Assembly: GCF_001194135.2 (NCBI RefSeq) | Contig: NC_068998.1 | Span: 19,299,296 to 19,363,295 of the forward strand | Length of the DNA: 64,000 nucleotides | Source: Octopus bimaculoides | Lineage: Eukaryota | Direction of reading: 5' to 3' | Shown here: one piece after another, positions 12,448-25,460 of the stretch | Position numbering within the stretch: the stretch's first letter is position 1 | Layout of the letters: every line of letters begins with the position of its first letter | Notes under the pieces: generated by a model | Told to the model about the DNA's origin: nothing | Database searches by the model: none | What the model saw: only the letters and a program-made list of their open reading frames with translations | Program-made: the position numbers and the translations under genes

Positions 12448-14879
12448 TGCAACAGAGAAAGAGAGAGCACAATGATTGAAGGGTCAGTTGATAGGTGGAG
12501 AATGTGCCTAAACTCCTGAGTAGTCTTCATGATGCTGGTTCAGAATTCAGCCTGTTGGAGTGGTGTGTGGCTGCCATGTATGAAAATGTCAAGTTTACAA
12601 TGAAAATTAAAGAACGGAGGGGGTTAAAAAAAAAAAAAAAAAGACGAGTATTTGGGGGAGAAAATAGAGAGGAAGTGTGAAGGGATAGGGGATAATGTAA
12701 TTGGTGTTATAGCTACTTATGAGGTATTTAATCCCACAAATACCAGCAACACCAACCCACATGATACAAAAATGGATCTCTTTACTGTACAAATTAGGAA
12801 GGAACAACCCTGGCTGTAAGGGCTGACCTGTAAGGGTTTGAAATCTTAGGCCATTCAACTAACCACGTGGAAAAGAAAATATTTTAATCTACAGAAGTCA
12901 TTTTAATTTTCCCAACTATTATTATTACCTTGCTGGAGGCACCCAGAATCACAATCAGGAACCATATCAGGCACTGCAACAATGCACATGTGTTTATACT
13001 GCTGAGACAATATAATGTCACCAACACTAACTAAGCACTATATTCATTTATAAACAAGGCTGAAATCTGAACCAATACCTAAAGTATAAAATTATACAGC
13101 AACAAACATCCCTGTATATGTAAGAATCACGTTTGTTGGTGCCAACTGAAAGGCAGCCCAAGTACTACTAACATGTTGTTAAAACAAATTGATTGCTCCA
13201 TGTCCATGAACTATGAAAGGTGTAGCTGGATTATAATGATGAAACTTTATTATACAGGCTGAACAGTAGATTAAATGGTTAACTTTATACAATGGGATAG
13301 GGGATATTTTACAATAGTCCTGGTTGCTTTAACAGTCATCAAAGTAGTACTTGCAGAAAGGAAAAATTCTGAATGACTTGAGAATTTGTGACATGAAAAA
13401 AGAAAAAAGTCCCTATATGCAAAAAGAGCCCTATGAAATGCATGCACACAAGTAAGAATATTACTCAAAACTAAGTCCTTTAAATGTAAACGTACCTAAC
13501 TTTAAAGACTTAAAATTTGTAACATTGAATTTCAATTGAGTAGATTAGCCCCTGGCTGGTCTCTAGAAATACTGACCTACAGAGTTGGAAGAGCAACAAG
13601 ATACCTGAGTTGCAAGAGGACTGGGAACAAGCAGAGTTGGGAGACCAGAAATTAATGCTGCTTGTAATGGAATGCTTAACATTAAAAGGGCTGAATCCTA
13701 ACACTGGCCATGATTCAAATAGAGAGCAGATCTTTACTAACATTTTTGAGCCCCCAAACAAATCTCCAGTTAAATTAGGCACACACGGTAAATACATCTC
13801 CAGACACACCCAATAGCAAAGTATCATATCTAAAGAGAAGAAAAATTGTCCAGCAACAGTTGTTTTAAGGATTTCAGCAGAAGTTTTTTAAAAAATTCAC
13901 ATGGCAATATAGTGCTGCACAAAGCAGGGGTTTTTTTTTTTACAAGAAGGCACTGATCCAATCAATCCCCTACAGGCTATAAATGATGTTTAATTTTCAA
14001 CTGCATACCATGCTCCTTCGAGCTGCTAGAAATAAAATCACTAATGTAAAATAATTTTATTTCAACTGCAACTATTGTTTAAATCTCATTGAGCCAGAAA
14101 ACAATTTAGCTAAAACCCACATGTTAAAATTAATCCAATAAATTCAACTAACAATATAAAGTTATACATCTCACCAGGCCTTCTAACATGACCCTAAAAA
14201 TTAACTAGGTGAAAAATATTCCTTAAACGTTTTTAAGTAGGCTTCTTTAAATTTAGCATCGGCAAACAGAATATACGAATTGATCAAGTTATTGGGTGGA
14301 GATTTGGCCTTGTTAGTCAAATGTTTGATCATACAAATTGGAGAAAATTTTGCAAGACAGCCTTTCAGAACTTATTATGCATAAACAGAAAATATATGCT
14401 GTAAATATACTACATAATAGTACTGCATATGACATTGGCTGCAGGGAGAAACACTAAGGAGAAGACAGCAGCAATATTCAAACCAAAGACAGCAGTGTGA
14501 GAATATAACCCTCAAACTAAGGAGAGTGGGTGGGTCAATAAAGCAATGAGCAGCAGCATAAAAAAAAAAACTTAAGTAGAATGAAACCCTGAAAGATAAA
14601 ACCTTAAATAGGAAGGGTGTACCCGTGGTACCAGGATAAATTGGCTGGACTCAGGAGAAATGGACAGGGGGCAAATCTTGAAGAAATGCTGGCCACCACT
14701 ATGTGTAGTTAGAATGACCTAAGTTGAAAGTTTATTTTGTGGTAGTACTATGGTATGCATCATCACACACGATATGCTGGTGGCAGACCTTGCCACCCAC
14801 CTGGGGAGGCGAGGGCTTCCATCAACAATACTGTACACAGTCTTTGCACTTCGACCCAGAAGGGCTACAAGGTCTCCAA

Positions 14880-14971
14880 TTATTCATCTTCCTCTTCCTC
14901 TTCTTCATGCTTTCTTTTCTTCCCTCGCTGGTCACATGCATCAGGATCTTCTTCGCCTTCTGACTCCTCTT
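14880..14971 (-). CDS. ANP32A: ANP32 exon 8 (C-terminus, NLS, stop)
   Basis: cttttcag|AA...TAA; EEESEGEEDPDACDQRGKKRKHEEEEEEDE*. KKRK matches the family NLS. The eight exons sum to 822 nt, which is 273 aa plus stop. Confidence 0.92.
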
Positions 14972-15101
14972 CTGAAAAGAGTAAATATCAAACTCATCAA
15001 ATCTTCAAAGAATTATTAGCACACCAAGTCATGACTAAGTGGTGAAGAAGAAAGGAAAAAAAAAGTGAAATTTCACTAAAATGAAAAATTATTATACAAA
15101 C

Positions 15102-15168
15102 CTTCTTCCTCTTCTTCATCATCCTCATCAGCATCAGCAGGTTTAAAATCTGCACCATCACTATCCTC
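15102..15168 (-). CDS. ANP32A: ANP32 exon 7
   Basis: cattttag|GAG...G|gtttgt; 67 nt, phase 0-1; EDSDGADFKPADADEDDEEEEE. Confidence 0.9.
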
Positions 15169-15467
15169 CTAAAATGAGAAAGGAAATATTTAAGTATAAA
15201 CTCTTTTTGTGAAATTTTCCTAAAGCATTTAATAGTTACCAATTAAAAAATGCAGTCCACACAGGTTGGAGGAACTGCAGATATATTAAATTCATGTAAG
15301 ATTAAAACCTAAGATTAAGCCCTATTCTAGAGCCAGGCTAGCATTCAACAGGTCTTGCTGTTGACTCTGATTATCTTCACAGCAATGCAAAAGCTTCATC
15401 AGGAAACACCATTGAAATTCCAAGTGTTATGCCTGACTGTATAATATATTAGGTTTATCATACTAAC

Positions 15468-15556
15468 GTCTAAGTCATCTCTTTCCAAATAATCTAGACG
15501 TACATCTTCTTCGTTTTCCTCCTCTTCTCCGTCTTGTACTTCGTCATACACTTCGT
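15468..15556 (-). CDS. ANP32A: ANP32 exon 6 (acidic region with VRLDYL motif)
   Basis: ttcttatag|AC...GAC|gttagt; 89 nt, phase 1-0; DEVYDEVQDGEEEENEEDVRLDYLERDDLD. Confidence 0.92.
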
Positions 15557-15673
15557 CTATAAGAAAAAAAATAAAATAAGCAAATAAGTAAAAACAGCTA
15601 GAAATTATGCAAAACATTTATTACGAGTGACAAAAATTTAACTAAGTCCATAAACTGTTACTGATAAACTCAC

Positions 15674-15775
15674 CTTCAACATCTACTTCATCGTCTTCTT
15701 CCTCTTCATCTTCTTCTTCATCCTCCTCATCATCTTCTTCATCCTCTTCATCATCCATATCGTAGTCCACTTCAA
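15674..15775 (-). CDS. ANP32A: ANP32 exon 5 (acidic low-complexity region)
   Basis: ttttcag|TT...G|gtgagt; 102 nt, phase 1-1; VEVDYDMDDEEDEEDDEEDEEEDEEEEDDEVDVE. Confidence 0.92.
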
Positions 15776-16060
15776 CTGAAAACCAAGTACTTGCAAAATT
15801 AGATTCGCTAAAATCATTATTTGTTTAATTAGCAGCCAAATTAATAACTTCAAATAATCAATCTTCTAACAGTAAGCATTAAGATAAAATGAAGACAGCT
15901 TCAACTTCAACGAGATAATTTCTCTAGCATTTAATTTCTAACAAGGCTATAGAAACTTAAAAAGGATATAAGCACAGCAAGGCATTTACTACAATGCTCT
16001 ATTGATTCTGCTATAATAAACTCTCCGTATATTTAATAAAGCCATACAAATAAGAACATA

Positions 16061-16734
<674 letters not shown>

Positions 16735-16771
16735 TTATGAAACACCAAACTATTCGCAACTACTACATTTA

Positions 16772-16954
<183 letters not shown>

Positions 16955-17042
16955 CTACAAATACACAAAAATGAATTAGTTTAACAGAGTTGATGGTACA
17001 TTTGATTACAACTTGTGGAGAGATGAAGAATGGTAATTTTCA

Positions 17043-17231
<189 letters not shown>

Positions 17232-19589
17232 TCAAATAACCATATAAAAATAAAAATTGCAACAACTTAACGACCAGTAGTCGTCTCATGAAGGAGTTCT
17301 TTTTAGACTAAACGCAAGGAGATGCAATGCATAATGGCATACTTCTTTAAATTCTACCACCTCAGAAAGAATTTGAACCCAGAACCTAGAGGGACTTAAC
17401 TCAATACCGAAGCTAGTTTAGTCCTGAGTGCCAACTCCTCAGACCAGGACGGTTGCATTTTTTTGTTTTGCTACTTTAAAATAACTGACAAGGAAATGAA
17501 AACTAGAGTATAAAATAATGTTGCCATTAAAAAATGTATATTTCATTGCTCTTAAATGCAATGACATTAAGAAAAGAAAATGTATCACTAAGACAAACAT
17601 TCAACACATTGAGATTCTTAATGATCCCAATAACACTCTAATGACTAAATGAAGTATAAGCAAAAATTTAATAATATGATTTCTTTGGCAATCCTGCAAT
17701 GCCTTGAAACCAAACAAAATACTAGGCCACGTTAATGTACCACCAAAAAGATAACGTGGTAAGCGAGCAGGATCGAAGATGTGCACAGGCAGCACAACCT
17801 CATTAACATAATCTAGTCAGAGTAGAGTAAGTCACATGACTAGTACAACCAACAAGCCGGAGCCCCGTTCATATAGTTATACGACCTTGATGGCGAGAGG
17901 CAGACAATTACACAGCACTAAGCAACAAACCAAAAATTCCTTGTATGGAAGGCCATCTCTAACTTGTAAAAAAAATTAATGATACTAACTAGTATATAGC
18001 TGATGCTTTTTGGTCGGTCTCTCCATCAATTGAACACGTACTGCTACGATATTAATAATAAAACGAACGATTACTACAGAAGAAAAATGTCGAGCGAGAC
18101 ACGTCTCCCACATATAGGCGGCGGCGGCGGGAGGTAATCTGGCAGCCAACAATGGCGGAATGACACAGAAAAGGCAAAAAAGAATTGGTCTCGTTACATT
18201 TTACAACAGTTTTAGGGGCTCCACTAAATACAACATTAAAGCTTTCTGGTAAGTCTGATTCTAAATCAAAATAAATTGAAAATAAAAAAAAAATATATAT
18301 TTGTTCAAATTTTGTGGACTGAAAAAAAAAAAATTTATATAGCTATTGGCTGTTTTTCTTTTTTTCTTAATCCTTTATATTTTATAAAGTTTTCTCATAT
18401 TTGAGAATAATCTTATAATGATTAAGAATAGCGTGGAAGACGATGCCAAAATGGCGCCCAACCCACATAATTTGCTCCAATATGTAATGATGCCTTTACA
18501 CAATGTTGCTGAGGCGCAAAAGAAAAAAAAAAACCCCAAACAAATCGTATTTTTTTACGTTAGTTAATTTTAGTAGAAAAAAAATATTTATCACAAATTA
18601 TAAAAATTCAGATCTTATCTAATCAGCCAGAGGAACTATTTAAATAGCAAAAGATTTGTCTTTAAAAAAACCTTTTTTTTTTAAAATCATTACAATTTTA
18701 TTATTACATATATTCAGCTAAGTTCAACATAAACTGGAATTGTTTCATCTAGTGTTATTGACGCAATGTAGGTCATCATGTGTTGCTATTACTACCACAT
18801 ACGGTTACGACTCTACGCGAATGTTCGACCTGCTAGAAATAGCAGACGGATCTTTCCCCTCACAGAGGACAATGTTAGTCCCCGATATACATAAGATGGG
18901 ATGGTCACAGCTGGAATGTTATTTAATTATAAGTGCTCGATCGGGACTGACCTGGAAACTAAACCACCAACAACCACCACCACAATACGGTTACTAATAA
19001 TTGCATTAAGAAATGGGGGATCCTCTACGCGGTCGATCAACATGCTATGCTTAGCAACCAAAAACCTACCATCAAACCATGTTTTTTTTTCTCTCATACA
19101 GGGATTGCACAACACATTTCCTATGTATACATGATTACTTTGTCAGCCCCATCCCAACATTAACTTTGATCTATTAAAGGTAAAACGGGAGTAATCGACA
19201 ACAAAATGTCAAAAGGTATTTCAGTCGGTAAAAGACACTGAATAAAATAAATAACAAAAAAGTTGCAGTTGCTGCCCTTTCAACATGGCGCCGGATGAGT
19301 TGCAGAGCGACCTTACAAGTCAACATCATCCCTCTTCCTCATCTTGTACAGGTGGGAGATACATACCCAGGTGTAGACCTTCTCTTCAGCATTTTTATTC
19401 ATATAGATTATTGAAATATTCCAAAGGTTTTTTTAATTTTTATTTTACTTAATGTGGAAATAGTAAAATGGTTAACAAAAGGAAACCAATCTCCCAAATT
19501 TTTAAGTTTCTCTGCATGACAATTGTGAAATGACCATCCTTGCTGCCGCCAGTCAAATGATGTCGGGGAGAAATGAAATAAAATATAAC

Positions 19590-19624
<35 letters not shown>

Positions 19625-21143
19625 AATGAAAACGTTTTTTTTTCTTATGGAATGGGAGATTTACCACAGATTTAGTAAGTCAATAACAACGAAAACAAAA
19701 AGTTCTTGACAGTTGAGGCGAAAAATTCAAACACCATACATTAGGGCAGGGTGGCTCTTTGTGAGTTGGCTCTCTTTATCTTTGCTTACTTACTGTAAAC
19801 ATGGCTTTATTGATGACATGACACTTACGCCGTCAGAATACACACAGCAATGATGGCGGCAGTCCGTTAGCAACAACTCATCACTACACAATTCCATCAC
19901 AAGAAAAAAATTTCAAATTGTCGAAGATCACATTTAGTGTTTAGATTATAACCATGTAGAGGGAAGAACATTTACTCAAAGATACAGCCTCAGAATCCAT
20001 CAAAACACGTACGAAAATTGAGGGGGGAGGAAAAAATATCAATGTGATGATAATCGCATTTACTGCTGAATTTGTAAGATTAAAAACCAAGTGCACCGAG
20101 AAGAGGCTGTCTTAGTTTTACAGCAGAACAGGCAAGATGGACAGTTAGAACGTGGTGGAATTGACGAGAAAAACATCCGACCATTCCACTCGGCGCAAAA
20201 AAAAAAATAATAATAATGCAATCTAATTTACCTCCCTCCCCCACTTCCCTAAACGTACGTTATAATAACACTAACATTCTTGTCAAAAACCAAAATTCCA
20301 TGTATGATGGTCGGGGGGAAGAAAAAGTAAGGAAGAAAACAGTTAAGTCGTCTTCAGAAGTGAGGAGGGGGAAAAGCTAGAACAAGGAGCAGATAGACAC
20401 CTTATCTAGTCCGTTACACCATGTCGGTTCTTGTAGAATTAAAAATTCAAGTTTGGTGAACATGCCAAAGAAAATATTCAAAACATACTTTCAAATCTAT
20501 AAAGGAGACAGGTACCATTTATTCTACCTGACTGGCGTGAATCTATAGCTTTAATAACCTTTTAAGAGAAAGTGTAAGCTTGTAAAAAGATTGCAAAGCA
20601 ATAAGTAAATGTTAAGTTTTTCAAGGCGCCATATTTAACCTTTTTTTTTATTATTATACAATGCCGGCGTGTGGCGCCGAGGAAGAAGGCTACAATACCC
20701 TTGTAGGGAGTCGTAATTTGGAAATATGAGTGGATAAATAGTTTTTACTAACTACGATCTAAATGGATGCACATTTTAAAGAATTGTGGAATATGAAAGC
20801 ACATGGAGAGAAAGTAAGGGCGACCATAATGAACCAGAAGGTGACCAACAAGCATTGCATCGATACGCAGAAAATGCGTGTTTATATAAAACTTACAAAA
20901 GTAATTGAATAACATTAAGAAATGACAAAACTGATTGCTCTGAAAGACGAAGAAATTAACCAAAACAAGTCCAGATTATCGGCATCTTTAATGATAGGTA
21001 GGAAACATCCACGCGGAACAAACAAGATGAAAATATGTAGAGTCAACGCGTTATTTCAACTTTAGTTGAATAAATGGATGTCTGAATGAGCGTGGACACT
21101 AAACAATCAAGAACAAATCGGGACAAAACTAAATAAACTTTAC

Positions 21144-21197
21144 CTCTTTCGGCGATTGATTCCGCTTCTCCAGCTCAATCCTTTTTCGCATGTTCAT
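21144..21197 (-). CDS. ANP32A: ANP32 family protein (acidic leucine-rich nuclear phosphoprotein 32), coding exon 1 of 8
   Basis: Translates MNMRKRIELEKRNQSPKE, followed by the donor GAG|gtaaag. It is 54 nt, as I recall for human ANP32A coding exon 1 (MEMGRRIHLELRNRTPSD). The symbol is conventional; the gene may be pro-orthologous to ANP32A/B/E. Confidence 0.95.
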
Positions 21198-21384
21198 TGT
21201 GCAGCCGTTGTGTTGGCTTTGAGCTGTTGATTTATTATCTATTGTAGCCACTTTTCGTCACTAACCCCTTTCGGGTTCTGTTTGGTCTCAATATTTTTCT
21301 ATCGGCTAGTTGCTAGTTATGTTGTTTTTTCTTTATGGCGGTGAACTGCACAGCCACGGCCTGTCTAAACGTTTGTCGTTGACT

Positions 21385-21760
21385 GATTGGATGCTACCAA
21401 TATATATATGTGTATGTACGCTGTGTGCTAGTACTGATGAGTGAGCAGCGCTATTTAAACTATGGCCTGGCTGACGGTAGTAGTAGTAGTGCTAAGGCCT
21501 GCAACGTTTAACTGGGTAAGATATATATGTATGTATACATATGTGTGTGTATGCCTTTCGCAAGCGGTCCTTGCTTACTGGTAGCTTAATAGGCAAGTGA
21601 GCGCGCGGGTTGATCAATCAATGGTATATACAAGCCAAGTCTTATTGGTTAATATTTGATATTTCCAGCCGGGCTTGTAGTGTCATTAATATTCATGGTA
21701 ACTCAGCCAATCAGCGCATTCAGTCGCTCGACCAGAGAAGCTTATTAACCAACCAATGAG
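21385..21760 (-). promoter_or_regulatory. ANP32 promoter
   Basis: CpG-rich. CCAAT boxes at about 21385, 21397, 21644, 21707 and 21753. TATA-like TTTAAATA at 21459-21452. Inr-like TCAGT with its A at 21435. GC-rich GCGCGCGGG at about 21600. Confidence 0.6.
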
Positions 21761-24700
21761 AAGAAGCACGGATGACGGCATTTTTTTGTTCACTTTTTTC
21801 TTTCCTCAAAATATTATTTAAAAGTACGAAAATGTACTAATAGGAAAAATATATACACGCGTGTGTAAATAGACGTATTTATATATAGTTTTAAATGTCC
21901 ACTGAGCACCATCTACTTCTGATGTATCGTTTTATTTCACTTTTACAATGCCAAACGTATCCATCACATCAGGGAGAAATGTTTATTTCATTGACATTTC
22001 TATAATACAACCAACGAGAAAAATATTTTTAATGAAAATTTACGGGAAAATGATAGAATGTTATTCTCCAGTATAATTGGAAATCAACCGCTAATTTGAA
22101 AATAAAATGAATATTACATGTTGTGCATATGTGAACTGTCAAATATTTAGTGTTGGTGTTTCTTAAATTACAAAATAGATTTTCATCGAAGTATATGTAA
22201 AAGTATTTAAATTAATGTTTTTCTTATTTGTTGTCACAAATTTTTAACATCTAATTTTAATATTTAGTGAATTTCTTTTACTGTGTTATAAAATATTAAA
22301 CATAATATAATTTATGATTTACATATCTATAATTGTAAATGTGCTTCCTCTTGAAGTAGCAATCTAAAAGAAATAGTTCGAGATAACAGAAAAACGCTTT
22401 TTGTTTTCTTCTCCGGGGAAACTTTCAAATTTTCCTATTCTAGTTATAAACAGTTTTCAGTTATCCTTCATATGTTGAAAGCTACAAATTTTATGGAAGT
22501 CACTAATTGTATTTTTCATCATATGAAATTTGTAAGGTGTTAAATATTCTTATATTCATTTATTGATTTAAGATTCTAGTTCTCTTCAAAAGTTTTCTGG
22601 AAATAAAATGTGTATTTACATTGTATCTACAATGAAAAACATTGATATAACATTTGTTACAACCCACAAATGTTGAATTAAAATTTGCTTCTCAAAATTA
22701 AGGGATTAAGATCTTATTTCATTACATGGATTTTTTTTTTAAATTAACATCCAGAATAAGTTAGTTGATATTTTGGGTCATTATGTCCTAAATACTTCAT
22801 GTCAGTTTATAGATGAATTATCATTTTAAATATATAAGACAAATATTTTGTATCTATAATTTTTCTTAGTGTGCCAGACTAACCATTGATCTTTTCTGTA
22901 TATTTTGAAGATTAATGATGTAAACTTTTCCTAATGGAACTTAAAGGAATAAGAATAATTGCTTAACATGGCTGTTAAAATGATTACAAGTATCCTAAGC
23001 AAATTTTTATGATCTTTTATTATTGGCTTCACTTACCTGGTATTTGTTTTTTTTTTGGGGGGGGGTCTCATTTCACAAATAACATTGTACAAAGTCTAAA
23101 CTTGATGTTTAACATATAAACATGTTGAAAGTTTGACTTCAGAAATTCTTTAAATCAAAACAAAGTTACAAATAAAAAGATATTGAAAAAAGGAAGGTTA
23201 CCCTATTTGTTGCATTTCCAACTCAACAGCACCAATACCTTAACATTCATGCTAAACAGAAGATAATGAAAGGGCGCAAAGCATCATCAGCATGATGATT
23301 GATATTTTCCAAAACTGTCTCCTTTTCTTCTTTTACATCATTAGGTTGTAATGAAACTATATGATTTTGTCTCACTAAATCTAAAATCTATTACTGCCTG
23401 TTTTTCATTTTCTTCATGGACCTATAATATCTTGTATTTCTCCAAAGCAATAGCGAAAGTTCAATAGGAAAAACAATAAACTTTTGTTTTAATATTCATT
23501 GCTCATAGGTGGTGTATGTGAATTAGTTGCATTCCTTTTGTGATACTGACCCCTAAAAGATGAATTTGCAAATAATAGTTTCAAATTTGGCACAAGGCCA
23601 GTAATTTCGATTACAGTATTCAACTGGTATTTATTTTATCGATTCCGAAAGGATGAAAGGCAAGGTCGACCAATATGCTAATAATGAAAATTGTTTTAAG
23701 GGCAAAGTTTCAAAATAATAAAGGGGGAAAAACTCCTTACTGCTCCCCAATTCTCAGTAATCTATTATTTTACGGTTATGATGATAGTGATGTATTGCCA
23801 TTTATGTATGTACAAATTGGAGCTTTTTATGGTATCATATTAAAGAATTTGAAAATATTTTAAAGTAACATTGTTGACGAAAGGATGAAAAAAATACAAT
23901 AGATTTATGGAGCAGTAATTAGGTGCATTTTGCCAATAAAAATATTTTAGCATGCAGAATGCATTTTAAAACTTACAATACCATATCTTCGATAGAAATG
24001 TATTGCATTATTTCATTCAGAAGTTTAGAAGAAAGGTCAAACATCTGGTTTTTTTCCCCTTTCTTCAATAGATATGAATATTTATTTTCCTATGTTCTAT
24101 TCTTTATTCAAAAGATATGATAACCGTTCTAATTTCTACTTATGCCTTTCGTGACAAAATTACAGGAATTATTTTTTAAAAAATACAACCTAAAACAACC
24201 AATTGAAAAATAAGAATAAAATATTTCTTAAAATAAAAAGAAAAGTTAATTTTCTATCAAATGTCTTCAGAATTTTTCATCATCAGTTCAAAAATTTCAC
24301 AAAAGTACATTTCTCAACTTGGTAAAATATGACACCTGGGCCAGATAGCCCAAGGGATGAAAGTTATACAGGTTCAAGAAAGCTGGCCCTCAAGGCAGAA
24401 ATCAAAATGAAGATTGATAGGGAAAAAATCTGTTTTCCAGATATGACACAAATACATCAGTGTGCAAAGAAATACATCCGAAACTGCTGAAGAATATAAT
24501 GATTTACAAAGAGAATTTGAGATGCATTGGGTGCAGCATTAGATTCTTTTATTATGCAACAGATATTGCTGAATAAGAGTAGTTAACTCTGAAAAACTAA
24601 TAATTATGAAACTATTTAAAAGTAAAACATATACATAAATGTATGTAAACAGATCTATATTAACATATAATTTTAAATATCCACTAAACAACAGTAGGTT

Positions 24701-25084
24701 GTTACAGAAATACTCAAAAAGTGAAAAGAATTGTTGAATGATAAATAATAAGTAAGCTGTGTGACAATTTGACCAACATTGACTACTGAAAACCTAGGTA
24801 CTAACTGCTGATTAGATTGTGTCACTATATATGTAAACACAGAGTTGTGTACTTAAAATATGAGACGTCAATCATGCGTTGTTTAAAAAAAATCTGGAAG
24901 AGAAAAAGTGAGATACTGCTCCTTAAAGATTGTGTGTTTTTTTTTATCATGGACGATACTGAAGTGCTTGAAAATTTATGCAAATATCCAGATTTGCTAA
25001 ACCAACAAACATGGAGTATTGAAAGATTTGAAGCAGAGAGACTTTTCATTTGTCTTTGTGGTGTTTTTTTTAAGCTTATATAAT

Positions 25085-25460
25085 TTGGCTATGTGGTAAG
25101 AAGCTTGCTTCCCAACCACATGGTTCCGGGTTCAGTCCCACTGCATAGCACCTTGGGCAAGTGTCTTCTATAGCCTTGGGCCAACCAAAGTCTTGTGAGT
25201 GGATTTGGCTGATGGAAACTAAAAGAAGCCCGTCATATGTATGTATTTGTGTGTCTGTGTTTGTCCCCTCCACCATCACTTGACAACCGATGTTGATGTG
25301 TTTACATCCCTACAACATAACAGTTTGGCAAAAGAAACCAATAGAATAAGAACTAGGCTTACAAAGAATGAGTCCTGGGAGTCAACTTGTTCGAGTAAAG
25401 GCAGTGCTCCAGCATGGCTACAGTCAAAATGACTGAAACAAGTAAAAGAATAAAAGAACT
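25085..25460 (+). mobile_element. tRNA-derived SINE, same family as 16061-16449
   Basis: Colinear similarity across head, body and tail. Confidence 0.85.

Noticed and set aside
19833-19884. GTGATGA...CTGA box pair in ANP32 intron 1
   Set aside because: Only about 52 nt, with no recognisable guide or terminal stem.
23190-23430. Short open stretch DLVRQNHIVSLQPNDVKEEKETVLENINHH on the minus strand
   Set aside because: No convincing splice context or family; more likely TE debris.
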